Assembly (NCBI GenBank): GCA_964609975.1
Contig: CAZSTR010000002.1
Span: 16,051 to 80,050 of the forward strand
Origin: an uncultured Ruminococcus sp.
GTDB taxonomy: Bacteria; Bacillota; Clostridia; Oscillospirales; Acutalibacteraceae
Reading direction: 5' to 3'
Length of the DNA: 64,000 nucleotides
The notes beneath the pieces were generated by a model. That model searched no databases. It was not told the origin of the DNA and worked only from the letters and a program-made list of their open reading frames with translations. The translations under genes were made by a program, and so were the position numbers. Shown piece after piece: positions 1-8,448 of the stretch; the first letter of the stretch is position 1; each line of letters starts with the position of its first letter.

Positions 1-68
1 TTTTTTCTTATCGTCGAAAATGAAGCGGATAAAGCCGCCGGGTTGCCGAAGAAGGAGAGGTGCGGAGA

Positions 69-407
69 ATGGCTGTCTTTGAAACGTTGCGGGAAAACAA
101 GGACTTCCGGGCGTTATATTATCGTGGCCGTTCTCAGGTGCATCCGGCTCTTGTGACCTATGTGCGGCCGAACCGCTTCGGCTTTCCCCGGGTGGGTATC
201 ACCACCGGAAAAAAATTGGGCGGCGCTGTGCAGCGCAGCCGTTGCCGCCGTGTGATTCGTGCGGCCTTTCAGGAACTGCAGCCGATGGTGGGCGGCTTCG
301 ATATTGTGTTTGTGGCGCGGGGGCGCCTTTTGACCATGAAAAGCACCCAGCTAGTTCCGGTGATGGAAAAACAGCTGGCCGCATTGAAGGTGTTGTGTCG
401 TGAATGA
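69..407 (+). CDS. rnpA: ribonuclease P protein component
   Basis: ORF 60..407. Small basic protein with GITTGKKLGGAVQRSRCRRVIR-type core. The ATG at 69 lies 9 nt after GAAGGAGAGG (50-59), whereas the GTG at 60 abuts it. Followed by yidD-yidC-jag, the conserved order. Confidence 0.9.
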   Translation: MAVFETLRENKDFRALYYRGRSQVHPALVTYVRPNRFGFPRVGITTGKKLGGAVQRSRCRRVIRAAFQELQPMVGGFDIVFVARGRLLTMKSTQLVPVMEKQLAALKVLCRE

Positions 408-729
408 AAAGCTGCTTCGCTTTTCGCCGCGGCGGTTGCCCATCGCCCTTATCCATTTATATCAGAAATGGTCCGCGAACACGCCGCCGGTCTGCCGTTT
501 TTCTCCTACCTGCTCGGCCTATGCCATCGAAGCATATCAGCGCTATGGCATAGGAATCGGCACCGGCCTGACTCTGTGGCGCCTGTTGCGCTGCAACCCT
601 CTTTTCCGGGGCGGCTTTGATCCGGTTCCGACGCGCATCGCCTGGCCCGGTCAGAAAAAGCGGCCGCTCGGAGCGACGAAACCGCCGAAAAAAACAAAAC
701 GGAAAAGACGCTTTGACTTTCGAAAATAA
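400..729 (+). CDS. yidD: membrane protein insertion efficiency factor YidD
   Basis: Motif CRFSPTCSAYAIEAYQRYG...RLLRCNPLFRGGFDPVP is the YidD signature. GTG start overlaps the rnpA stop by 8 nt. Has a basic C-terminal tail. Confidence 0.85.
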   Translation: MNEKLLRFSPRRLPIALIHLYQKWSANTPPVCRFSPTCSAYAIEAYQRYGIGIGTGLTLWRLLRCNPLFRGGFDPVPTRIAWPGQKKRPLGATKPPKKTKRKRRFDFRK

Positions 730-744
730 AGGAGGCCGAGGGCC

Positions 745-1929
745 ATGATGTCCATATTCGGACTGTTTGCTAAACCGTTGGGTTATTTGCTCCAGTGGAT
801 TTATTCGCTGGTGCCCAGCTATTTTGTGGCGATTTTTCTGTTCACTCTGTTGATTCGACTGGTGCTGTTCCCCCTGTCCATTAAACAGCAAAAGGGACAG
901 GCGGATCGGGCGCGGCTGGCGCCTCGCCTGGAGCGCATCGAGAAAAAATATGCCAACGATCGGGTGAAAATGCAACAAAAACAACAGGAGCTGTACCAGA
1001 AGGAGGGCGTGAGCCTGACCGGCGGCTGTCTGCCGATGCTGTTACAGATGCTGGTGCTCATGAGCATTATTGCCGTGATCTATAAGCCTTTGACCTATGT
1101 GCAGACAAAAAACATTACGGCGACGGAAATTTCCACCTGCGTGACCGCGGTGCAGCAGGGGCTGACCGAGGGCATGGAGGCGGATTCGAAGGAATATAAG
1201 AACACCGTCAGCAAGTTCCAGGAGAATTCCTATTATCGGGAACTGTATCTGCTGCAATATGCTGACACCTACAGCGATGAAATCCAGTCGGCTCTGTTAA
1301 CCGCAAACAAGGAAGCCGGGATGGCGGAAGCGCCGGCGACCGCGGCGGCCACCGCCACGCTGGAGGTTCTGCGGAACACGAAAGAGGAATTCAGTATTTT
1401 TGGTGTTTCCCTGCTGGATATGCCCAACAAGGATGGCATAAAGCCCAACTGGCTGTGGCTTGTGGCGATTGCCTCCGGTCTGTCGGCGTTGCTGTCCAGT
1501 GTTCTAAGTATGCATTACAGCAAGGGCACTATGTCCAAGGCGCAGCAGGAAATGGGCGGTTGCTCCACGAAGGGCATGATGTATTCTATGCCGCTGTTTT
1601 CTTTGGTAATTTCCTTCACCGTTCCCGGTGGTGTGGCGCTCTACTGGATTTTCTCCAACCTGTTGGCGTTGGTGCAGACGGTGGTGCTCAACCAGATGTA
1701 TAACCCCGCGAAAATCCGTGCTCAGGCGGAAGCAGAATACGCGGAGCGCCGACGGAAAAAAGCGGAGGATAAGGCGCGCCTGAAGGCGGCGCGGTTGGAG
1801 GAGCAGGCGGCCTGGCAACGGGAAGAAAACGAGAAAAAAGCCGCCAAGGAGGGAAAGTGCCCTCCGAAAAAGAAAATGGAAGAAAAATCCGAGAATCCGG
1901 AGAGCAAAACCACGGATTCTGTGGAATGA
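745..1929 (+). CDS. yidC: YidC/Oxa1-family membrane protein insertase
   Basis: ATG preceded by AAAGGAGG. Multi-TM protein with the conserved YidC segment MMYSMPLFSLVISFTVPGGVALYWIFSNLLALVQ and a lysine/glutamate-rich C-terminal tail. Synteny with rnpA and jag. Confidence 0.9.
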   Translation: MMSIFGLFAKPLGYLLQWIYSLVPSYFVAIFLFTLLIRLVLFPLSIKQQKGQADRARLAPRLERIEKKYANDRVKMQQKQQELYQKEGVSLTGGCLPMLLQMLVLMSIIAVIYKPLTYVQTKNITATEISTCVTAVQQGLTEGMEADSKEYKNTVSKFQENSYYRELYLLQYADTYSDEIQSALLTANKEAGMAEAPATAAATATLEVLRNTKEEFSIFGVSLLDMPNKDGIKPNWLWLVAIASGLSALLSSVLSMHYSKGTMSKAQQEMGGCSTKGMMYSMPLFSLVISFTVPGGVALYWIFSNLLALVQTVVLNQMYNPAKIRAQAEAEYAERRRKKAEDKARLKAARLEEQAAWQREENEKKAAKEGKCPPKKKMEEKSENPESKTTDSVE

Positions 1930-1945
1930 GAAAGGAAAATGGACA

Positions 1946-2821
1946 ATGACGGAGCTGATTAAAGAAGCCGCTTCTCTGGAGGAGGCGCGAAAGGCGATTG
2001 CTTCGGAGATGGGCGTTTCCGAGGAAGCAATTGAATTCGAAATTCTCCAGGAGCCGGGAAAAAAGCTGCTGGGTCTTTTCGGCGGAGCGCCGGCGATTGT
2101 GAAGGGCGTTGCCAAGGGCGGCGCCGCGGATCGGGCGAAAAGCTATCTGTGTGATGTGCTGAGGGCCATGGGCGCGACAGATTTTGACACCACGGTGAAG
2201 GAGACCGAGAACGGCTGTGAAATTTCCCTTGAGGGCGAGGATCTCGGCTTTATCATCGGTCGCCGCGGCGACACGCTGGACGCGCTCCAATGTCTGGCTG
2301 GACTGGTGGCGAATCGGGCCGAGAGCGGCTATTATCGCGTGTCCCTGAACATTGGAAACTATCGCGAAAAGCGGGAGCAGGCGCTGGTGAGCTTGGCGCG
2401 GCGGTTGGGCGGCCAGACCGCCCGCACCGGTCGGCGTCATTCGCTGGAGCCGATGAATCCCTATGAGCGGCGCATTATCCACACCACAGTGCAGGATATG
2501 GAGGGTGTGACCTCCTGGAGCGTCGGCAGTGACCCGAACCGGCATGTGGTGATCGGCCCTTCGGACGACAACCCTAACAAGGAGCGCGCCGAGGAACGCC
2601 GCCGCAATAACCGTAGCCGTTCCGGCTCTGGCGAAGGCCGCGGTCGCCGCGGCGGTCGTGAGGAGCGGCGGGAGCATGAAATTGTGGCGCCGGAGCGACC
2701 GGTTCGTCAGTTCATTTCTCGGAGCAATCCCCTGCCCACGGCGGACGGGGCAACTCCCCCCTCTCGCACCGAATCGGAAAAGGAAGAAAGCGCCACCCTG
2801 TATGGCCGCATCGACCTGTAA
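1946..2821 (+). CDS. jag: Jag/KhpB-type RNA-binding protein (Jag_N, KH, R3H)
   Basis: KH-like block GFIIGRRGDTLDALQ and R3H block LEPMNPYERRIIHTTVQ. Position immediately after yidC. Carries an unusual ~85 aa Arg/Glu/Gly-rich C-terminal extension. Confidence 0.85.
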   Translation: MTELIKEAASLEEARKAIASEMGVSEEAIEFEILQEPGKKLLGLFGGAPAIVKGVAKGGAADRAKSYLCDVLRAMGATDFDTTVKETENGCEISLEGEDLGFIIGRRGDTLDALQCLAGLVANRAESGYYRVSLNIGNYREKREQALVSLARRLGGQTARTGRRHSLEPMNPYERRIIHTTVQDMEGVTSWSVGSDPNRHVVIGPSDDNPNKERAEERRRNNRSRSGSGEGRGRRGGREERREHEIVAPERPVRQFISRSNPLPTADGATPPSRTESEKEESATLYGRIDL

Positions 2822-2835
2822 AAATGCAAATGTTG

Positions 2836-2870
2836 AAAGCTTCCCGGCTAAAGCCGGGAAGCTTTTTGTT
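2836..2870 (+). terminator. Rho-independent terminator after jag
   Basis: 13-bp perfect stem AAAGCTTCCCGGC / GCCGGGAAGCTTT with loop TAAA, followed by TTGTT. Confidence 0.8.
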
Positions 2871-3407
2871 ATAGCACGGCTATGCCAGCGCTTTTGTGGC
2901 GGCTTTTTGCCATTTCTCCCTTCTCCCGTTTTCCTCTTTCCCGCCTTTTTTGGGTTTTCTTGTTTTTCCCTTGGGGAATATCTGCTGTGGGATGGACATT
3001 AGAAATTGTCCGCGTGCATCCATTGGCATCTCTGGCACCGATAAAGAAAATCGCCCTTCGGCCGGCGTGCCATTTTTCTGCGAATGACTCCTGGCATGTG
3101 GAAAATAAGGCAAAAAAGCAAAAAATTCGCGGAATTATATGCGTGTAGAGTCCTCTACACACGGTAGAAGGCTTCGAAAGGCTGGCTTTTCCGAGCTTTC
3201 GGGGCTTTTTTGCAGAGCGCAGAAGAGCTTTTTCGGAGCAACGGAAAAGCTCTACTCCCGGCGCCGAGTGGTGTAGAGCATCGGCGGCGGAAAGTAGGTT
3301 GTGTCCGGCGGAAAAATTTGCTATGCTGGGCACTATGGTTCGTCGCGTGAGATTGCGCGGCGTCCGTTCCGATAAAATCGAGACCAAAAGGCAGGGAGAG
3401 GGCTTTT

Positions 3408-4283
3408 ATGATTGCATTGTTCACAGATTCGGCGGCCAATCTGCCGGCAGAGCTGACCGACCGCCTGGAAATTCAGGTTATCCCCTTCACCTATAACGAA
3501 AACGGTGTGGAAAAAAATCCATTGGACGCAAGCTTCGATGAGATAGCCTTTTATGACGCCCTGCGGGGCGGCGCGGTGGTGAAAACCTCCATGGTCAACG
3601 CCGCGGCCTTCGAGGAGCGCTTTGCGACGGCGCTGGCCGAGGGAAAGGATGTGTTGTATATCGGTCTTTCCGGCGGAATCAGCGGAACGGTGGCTACCGC
3701 ACGCATTGCCGCCGAATAGCTGCGTCCTCGTTTCCCGGAGCGAAAAATTGAAATTGTCGATTTGCTGGGCGCCTCCCTTGGAGAGGGGCTGTTGGTGCTG
3801 GAGGCGGCGGCGCAGATTTTGCGGGGCGATGGGCTGGAGACGGCGCTTTCCTATACCCGCAAAAAAATCGGCCAGATGTGCCAGTGCTTCACCGTGGAGG
3901 ATTTGGGGCATCTGCGCAAGAGCGGCCGCATTTCCGGCGCGGCGGCGCTGGTGGGCGGCCTTTTGGGAATTCGCCCGGTGCTGGTGGGAAGCCCGGAGGG
4001 GAAAATCGTGATGACATCAAAAGCGCGGGGCTTTCGGGCGGTGCTGGATCGGCTGGCGGAGAGCAATAATCGGCTGGCTCTGCGGCGCACGGCCGCGGTG
4101 GGTATCGCCCACGCGGACAACGAAGCGGGCACGGTGGCGCTGTTGAACCGGTTGCGGGAGCGGGGCTTCCTCGGCTCGGCGCTGACGGTGGGATATGAGC
4201 CGGTCACCGGCTCCCATGTGGGGCCGGGGGCTTTGGCGCTGTTTTTTTTCGGCGAGGATCGGGCGCGGCTTTTGGAGGATTGA
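3408..4283 (+). pseudogene. DegV family fatty-acid-binding protein interrupted by an in-frame TAG at 3717-3719
   Basis: ORFs 3408..3719 and 3762..4283 are in the same frame. Read-through gives a continuous DegV-like sequence ...GISGTVATARIAAE*LRPRFPERKIEIVDLLGASLGEGLLVLEAA... RBS AGGGAGAGGG lies before the ATG at 3408. Confidence 0.7.
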
Positions 4284-4378
4284 AGCCGAGAAAGGTTGTG
4301 TTTTTTTTCGCGGGGGCTTGCTTTTCTGCCCGTTTGGGAGTATACTCCCAGTGATAGATAAAATTAGGAGGAAAGAAC

Positions 4379-5794
4379 ATGGCATTGTTGTCGCAGACGC
4401 CCCCGGAACGGGTCTGGTATTATTTTGAGAAAATTTGTGCGATTCCCCATGGGTCGGGAAACACGAAGGAAATTAGCGATTTTTGTATGCGCTTCGCCCA
4501 GGAGCATGGGCTGGCAGCGCGACAGGACGCATATAATAATGTTTTGATTCAGAAGCCTGGCTCGGCCGGTCTGGAAAAGCATCCCCCGGTGATTTTTCAG
4601 GGGCATTTGGACATGGTGTGCGAACAGGAGCCGGATTGTTCGCTGGATATGAGACGGGACGGTCTGGAGCTGTTTTTGGAGGGCGATTGGCTGGGTGCAC
4701 GGGGCACAACCCTCGGCGGAGACGACGGCATCGCCGTGGCGATAGGGCTGGCGTTGCTGGAGGATAAAACGCTTGTGCATCCGCCGCTGGAGGTGCTGTT
4801 CACAACGGATGAGGAAACCGGCATGGATGGGGCGATTGGCTTAGACCCGGCCTGGCTGGCCGGCCGCACCCTCCTCAATGCGGATTCCGAGGAGGAGGGC
4901 GTGCTGACAGTGGGCTGTGCCGGCGGCGCGCGGGCTGAGCTGAGCCTGCCGGTGAAACGGGAGGCGGTGGCTCTCCCTTGCTATCGGGTGACGGTGGACG
5001 GGCTGGCCGGAGGCCATTCCGGCGCAGAAATTCATAAGGGACGGCTGAATTCAAATGTGGTGATGGGACAGTTCCTGTCCGGGCTGGAAGAGGATTTTCA
5101 TATCGTGTCGCTGGCCGGTGGCTTAAAGGATAACGCGATTCCCCGCCAGACGGTGTGCGTTTTGGCGACGGCTCAGGAGCTGTCGCCGGCGGCGGATGTC
5201 TTTGTCGCGACCCATCGAATTCCCGCCGACCCGGCGCTGACGGTGACGGTGGCGCCGGTGGAGGCCGCTTCGACGGCGGTGACGGCGGCCGATTCCCGGA
5301 AAATCGCCCGCTTCCTTTCGACGGTGAAAAACGGAGTGCAGGCTATGAGCCGCGACATCGACGGGCTGGTGGAAACCTCGCTGAATTTGGGAATTTTACA
5401 GCTGGAGGAGGATGCGCTGGCCGCCTCCTTCTCGGTGCGCAGCAGCGTGGGTACCTCGAAAACGGCGCTGTTGGCACAGCTGGAGGAAACCGCCGCCGCC
5501 TTCGGTGGCAGCTATTCCAGCCACAGCCATTATCCTGCCTGGGAATATCGCAAGGAGTCTTCCCTGCGGGATGTGATGGCCGCGGTGTATGAGGAAATGA
5601 CCGGCGAAAAGCCGGTCATCGAGGCTATCCATGCGGGGCTGGAATGTGGGCTGTTTTCGGAAAAGCTGCCCGGCTTGGACGCGGTCTCCTTTGGGCCGCG
5701 GATGCGGGATATTCACACCACGCGGGAACGGCTGAGCGTGTCCTCGGTGGAGCGCACCTATGGGTATCTTTGCCGGGTGCTGGCGCGGCTTTGA
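4379..5794 (+). CDS. pepD: aminoacyl-histidine dipeptidase (M20 family, PepD-like)
   Basis: 471 aa. N-terminus WYYFEKICAIPHGSGN, plus HLDMVCE, GTTLGGDDGIAVA and TTDEETGMDGA, the metal-ligand blocks typical of PepD. Confidence 0.9.
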   Translation: MALLSQTPPERVWYYFEKICAIPHGSGNTKEISDFCMRFAQEHGLAARQDAYNNVLIQKPGSAGLEKHPPVIFQGHLDMVCEQEPDCSLDMRRDGLELFLEGDWLGARGTTLGGDDGIAVAIGLALLEDKTLVHPPLEVLFTTDEETGMDGAIGLDPAWLAGRTLLNADSEEEGVLTVGCAGGARAELSLPVKREAVALPCYRVTVDGLAGGHSGAEIHKGRLNSNVVMGQFLSGLEEDFHIVSLAGGLKDNAIPRQTVCVLATAQELSPAADVFVATHRIPADPALTVTVAPVEAASTAVTAADSRKIARFLSTVKNGVQAMSRDIDGLVETSLNLGILQLEEDALAASFSVRSSVGTSKTALLAQLEETAAAFGGSYSSHSHYPAWEYRKESSLRDVMAAVYEEMTGEKPVIEAIHAGLECGLFSEKLPGLDAVSFGPRMRDIHTTRERLSVSSVERTYGYLCRVLARL

Positions 5795-5921
5795 GCGGGC
5801 TTCGCTGTTTACATTTTCTCTCTAAAAAGAAATCGCCCCGAACGCGCACAAAAGCACAATCGGGGCGGCTTGCCGCTGGGGTGGAGCTTCTTTTGTTCAG
5901 CGAAAAACGGAGGAAAACAAA

Positions 5922-6665
5922 ATGCGTTTTGAAGTGGGCTTGTGTTCTGTATCCTTCCGCGGGGAACCCCCGGAAAGTATATTGGCGAATATGCAAAAAG
6001 CGGGAATTTTTGCCATCGAATGGGGAAGCGATGTGCACGCGCCTCAGGAAAACCGGGAACAGCTTCATAAAATAGCGCGACTACAACAGGAATATGGTAT
6101 ACGGTGTTGTTCTTACGGCACCTATTTTCGGCTGGGGGTTATGCCCATGGATGCGCTTCTCAGCTATATCGAAGCGGCGAAAATGTTGGGCACAAACACG
6201 CTTCGACTTTGGTGCGGGAATAAAAACAGCGAGGAGTATGCGGAAAGCGAGAAAACTGCGCTTTTTGACGCCTGCAAAGAGGCGGCGGCCATAGCAGAGA
6301 AGCACGGTGTGGTGCTCTGCATGGAATGTCATGCAAACAGCTATACGAACACAAAGGAATCGGCCTATGCGCTTATGCAGGCGGTCGCTTCTGACCGCTT
6401 TCGAATGTATTGGCAGCCGAATTCCTTTGCTTCTTTTGCGGAAAACACAGCGTATGCGAAAAGAATAGCGGATTATACAGAGCATATACACGTGTTTCAC
6501 TGGCAGAAGGAGCGGAAGCTCTCGATGTGCGAGGGGAAAGACTGCTGGAAGGAGTATTTGTCCTGCTTTGACGGAGTGAGAATGCTTCTTTTGGAGTTTA
6601 TGCCGGATGATAGGCTTGAATCGCTGAAAACGGAAGCGGAAGCGCTCAAGGAGATTATACAATGA
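5922..6665 (+). CDS. sugar phosphate isomerase/epimerase (xylose-isomerase-like TIM barrel)
   Basis: 247 aa with FAIEWGSDVHAP, LRLWCG, CMECHANSYTNT and HIHVFHW blocks typical of the AP_endonuc_2/TIM-barrel family. Stop overlaps the next start (ATGA). Confidence 0.7.
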   Translation: MRFEVGLCSVSFRGEPPESILANMQKAGIFAIEWGSDVHAPQENREQLHKIARLQQEYGIRCCSYGTYFRLGVMPMDALLSYIEAAKMLGTNTLRLWCGNKNSEEYAESEKTALFDACKEAAAIAEKHGVVLCMECHANSYTNTKESAYALMQAVASDRFRMYWQPNSFASFAENTAYAKRIADYTEHIHVFHWQKERKLSMCEGKDCWKEYLSCFDGVRMLLLEFMPDDRLESLKTEAEALKEIIQ

Positions 6666-7627
6666 AACATATCTTTCTGTGCGAGGACGCCGAAAATGTG
6701 AAAAACGCATACGGAACCGCGGAAACGGTTTATTGCAAAGCGGATGTGTTGGAAAACAGCGAAAAATTTTCGGAAACGGAGTTTATTTTTTCCACCTGGG
6801 GTATGGCGGTGTTCACCGAGGCGGAAATCGGCCGTCTTTTCCCCAGCCTGAAAGCGGTGTTTTACGCCGCCGGGTCTGTGCAGGCGTTTGCCCGGCCGTT
6901 TTTGAATAAAGGCGTTCGGGTGTTTTCGGCATGGGTGGCAAATGCGGTGCCGGTTGCCGAATATACCGTTGCACAAATCCTCCTTGCCAACAAGGGCTTT
7001 TATCAAAGCGCACGCCTCGCGAAAACCGGGGATTATGCGGCGGCCTCGGCGTTTTCCCGCTCCAACACCGGCAATTATGATGTGAAAATCGGGATCATCG
7101 GCGCCGGAATGGTGGGAAAAACGGTGATTCATCTGCTTAAGGCCTACAAGTTTTCGGTGCTGGTGTTCGACCCTTTTTTGTCGCAGGAGAACGCTGAAGC
7201 GCTGGGTGTGACCCGGTGCTCGCTGGAAACGCTTTTCAGAGAATGTCAGGTGGTGTCCAACCACCTGGCCGATAACGAACAGACCAGAGGTCTGTTAAAT
7301 AAAGCGCTGTTCAAAGAAATGCGGCCGTATGCGACTTTCTTGAACACCGGCAGGGGTGCTCAGGTGGCGGAGGCGGATTTGATAGCGGTTTTGAAAGCGC
7401 GCTCGGATCTTACGGCGGTTTTGGATGTGACTTATCCGGAGCCGCCGGAAAAGGACAGCGAATTATTCATGCTGGAAAATTGCGTTCTGACGCCGCATAT
7501 TGCTGGAAGCGCCGGAAAAGAAGTGCGTCGGATGGGCGATTTTATGCTTCAAGAATATGCGCGTCTTATCCAAAACGCTCCCTGCCAATATGAAGTGACC
7601 CTGAAAATGCTGAAAACCATGGCATGA
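6662..7627 (+). CDS. D-isomer-specific 2-hydroxyacid dehydrogenase family protein
   Basis: Rossmann motif GIIGAGMVGK, plus NTGRG, LDVTYPEP and TPHIAGS catalytic blocks. Translationally coupled to the upstream TIM-barrel gene. Confidence 0.85.
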   Translation: MKHIFLCEDAENVKNAYGTAETVYCKADVLENSEKFSETEFIFSTWGMAVFTEAEIGRLFPSLKAVFYAAGSVQAFARPFLNKGVRVFSAWVANAVPVAEYTVAQILLANKGFYQSARLAKTGDYAAASAFSRSNTGNYDVKIGIIGAGMVGKTVIHLLKAYKFSVLVFDPFLSQENAEALGVTRCSLETLFRECQVVSNHLADNEQTRGLLNKALFKEMRPYATFLNTGRGAQVAEADLIAVLKARSDLTAVLDVTYPEPPEKDSELFMLENCVLTPHIAGSAGKEVRRMGDFMLQEYARLIQNAPCQYEVTLKMLKTMA

Positions 7628-7954
7628 ACCGAAAGAGCTGACAGGCACAGGCGAAGCGCCCGCTTCTGCCCACAGAACTTTGACCTCCTTGCCGGTGCGT
7701 TCTCTGAGCTCGTTGGCGAAGGGCGCGAGAGAGGCTTTTTCCAGAAAGGCGCTGTTGGTATAGGCCTCCAGGTGGATGCCGCCGACAGACTCCAGCAGGT
7801 TCGCCAGCCGGTCATATTCTTGATAAAACAGACTGTAAAATTCGATGTCACCCCCAAAGCGGTTGGGGCTGAAGGCCCTGTCACGGAGCTTTTCGATTCT
7901 GTCCATATTGGTGCAAAAATCTCTTATAGAATGAACGGATAAACAGCTGTCCAT
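7463..7954 (-). CDS. hypothetical protein, possibly a 3'-truncated remnant
   Basis: 163-aa ORF. Its last ~55 codons run antisense inside the 3' end of the dehydrogenase gene (overlap 7463-7627). Starts 3 nt after the stop of the upstream low-GC ORF. No recognisable motif. Confidence 0.25.
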   Translation of the reverse strand: MDSCLSVHSIRDFCTNMDRIEKLRDRAFSPNRFGGDIEFYSLFYQEYDRLANLLESVGGIHLEAYTNSAFLEKASLAPFANELRERTGKEVKVLWAEAGASPVPVSSFGSCHGFQHFQGHFILAGSVLDKTRIFLKHKIAHPTHFFSGASSNMRRQNAIFQHE

Positions 7955-7957
7955 AAA

Positions 7958-8326
7958 TTATGATTGTGTTTTTGCTTTAGAAGTTACTGTTTTGATTGTG
8001 CGATTAACTCTTTTGGCGATATATTCCACAATATCGTTTTCGAATTCGTTGAGGTCATCAAAATTCCACTCGCACCAGGAAACTTCGTCATCAAGAGAAG
8101 CATATAAATATTTTTTGCCATCACATTTTTGCGTACCGATTTCAAGCATTAATTCCATATTGTCCGGCGAACCGGCAAAGGCAACGGTAAACTCATCGTA
8201 ATCCAGGAAATTATCCAGGCCGCATTTTTGACCAATTGCATTTTTAATTCTTAAAATGCAAGCCTTTTCTCTTTGAATATCGTTTTCAAGCAGTTTGGTT
8301 GTGTGAAAGAATTTGAATAATGACAT
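7958..8326 (-). CDS. hypothetical small acidic protein (low-GC gene)
   Basis: 122-aa ORF with clean coding appearance, Asp/Glu-rich (DDEVSWCEWNFDDLNEFENDIVEY). Sampled 60-nt lines are 28-45% GC against a ~60%+ background. Confidence 0.45.
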   Translation of the reverse strand: MSLFKFFHTTKLLENDIQREKACILRIKNAIGQKCGLDNFLDYDEFTVAFAGSPDNMELMLEIGTQKCDGKKYLYASLDDEVSWCEWNFDDLNEFENDIVEYIAKRVNRTIKTVTSKAKTQS

Positions 8327-8385
8327 ATTTTCATCTCCTTAATTTTTATTATATCAAATCCACCCTTAAAAAGCTATTCTAAGCA

Positions 8386-8444
8386 GTATAAATCCCCTTT
8401 GTTTACAGATAATAGCAATGTTATCAAATCGACAAAGGGGATTT
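8386..8444 (+). promoter_or_regulatory. candidate forespore-type promoter plus 13-bp inverted repeat upstream of spoVT
   Basis: GTATA (8386-8390), 17 nt, then GATAATA resembles sigma-F/G promoters. Perfect IR AAATCCCCTTTGT (8390-8402) / ACAAAGGGGATTT (8432-8444); the right arm contains the RBS. Confidence 0.4.
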
Positions 8445-8448
8445 TTGT

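Noticed and set aside
1-59. Expected 3' end of rpmH upstream of rnpA.
   Set aside because: None of the three forward frames gives the Lys/Arg-rich L34 C-terminus. The gene presumably lies further upstream or elsewhere.
1688-2677. 329-aa antisense ORF across yidC/jag. Similar long antisense or out-of-frame ORFs include 12355..14037 +, 16838..18199 -, 39871..41379 -, 40949..42184 -, 43260..44285 -, 62864..63604 +.
   Set aside because: They lie opposite or out of frame to genes with clear family motifs. They are Arg/Pro/Gly/Ala-rich, as expected from stop-codon depletion in high-GC DNA, and they lack RBSs.
3240-3300. tRNA-like D-loop string AGTGGTGTAGAGCA.
   Set aside because: No acceptor stem, anticodon arm or GGTTCGAATCC-type T-arm can be built around it. 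The GCTC...GAGC pairing would enclose a 17+ nt loop.
2871-3407. Possible oriC or DnaA-box cluster near the rnpA-jag block. The AT-rich island at 18904-19366 was also checked.
   Set aside because: No TTATCCACA/TGTGGATAA matches (only weak partial ones such as TTATCCATT at ~447 inside yidD). dnaA/dnaN are not in the window.
3717-3719. Pyrrolysine or genome-wide TAG reassignment as an explanation for the DegV in-frame TAG.
   Set aside because: TAG terminates thiT normally at 12238-12240. No pyl genes are visible in this window. It cannot be fully excluded without the whole genome.
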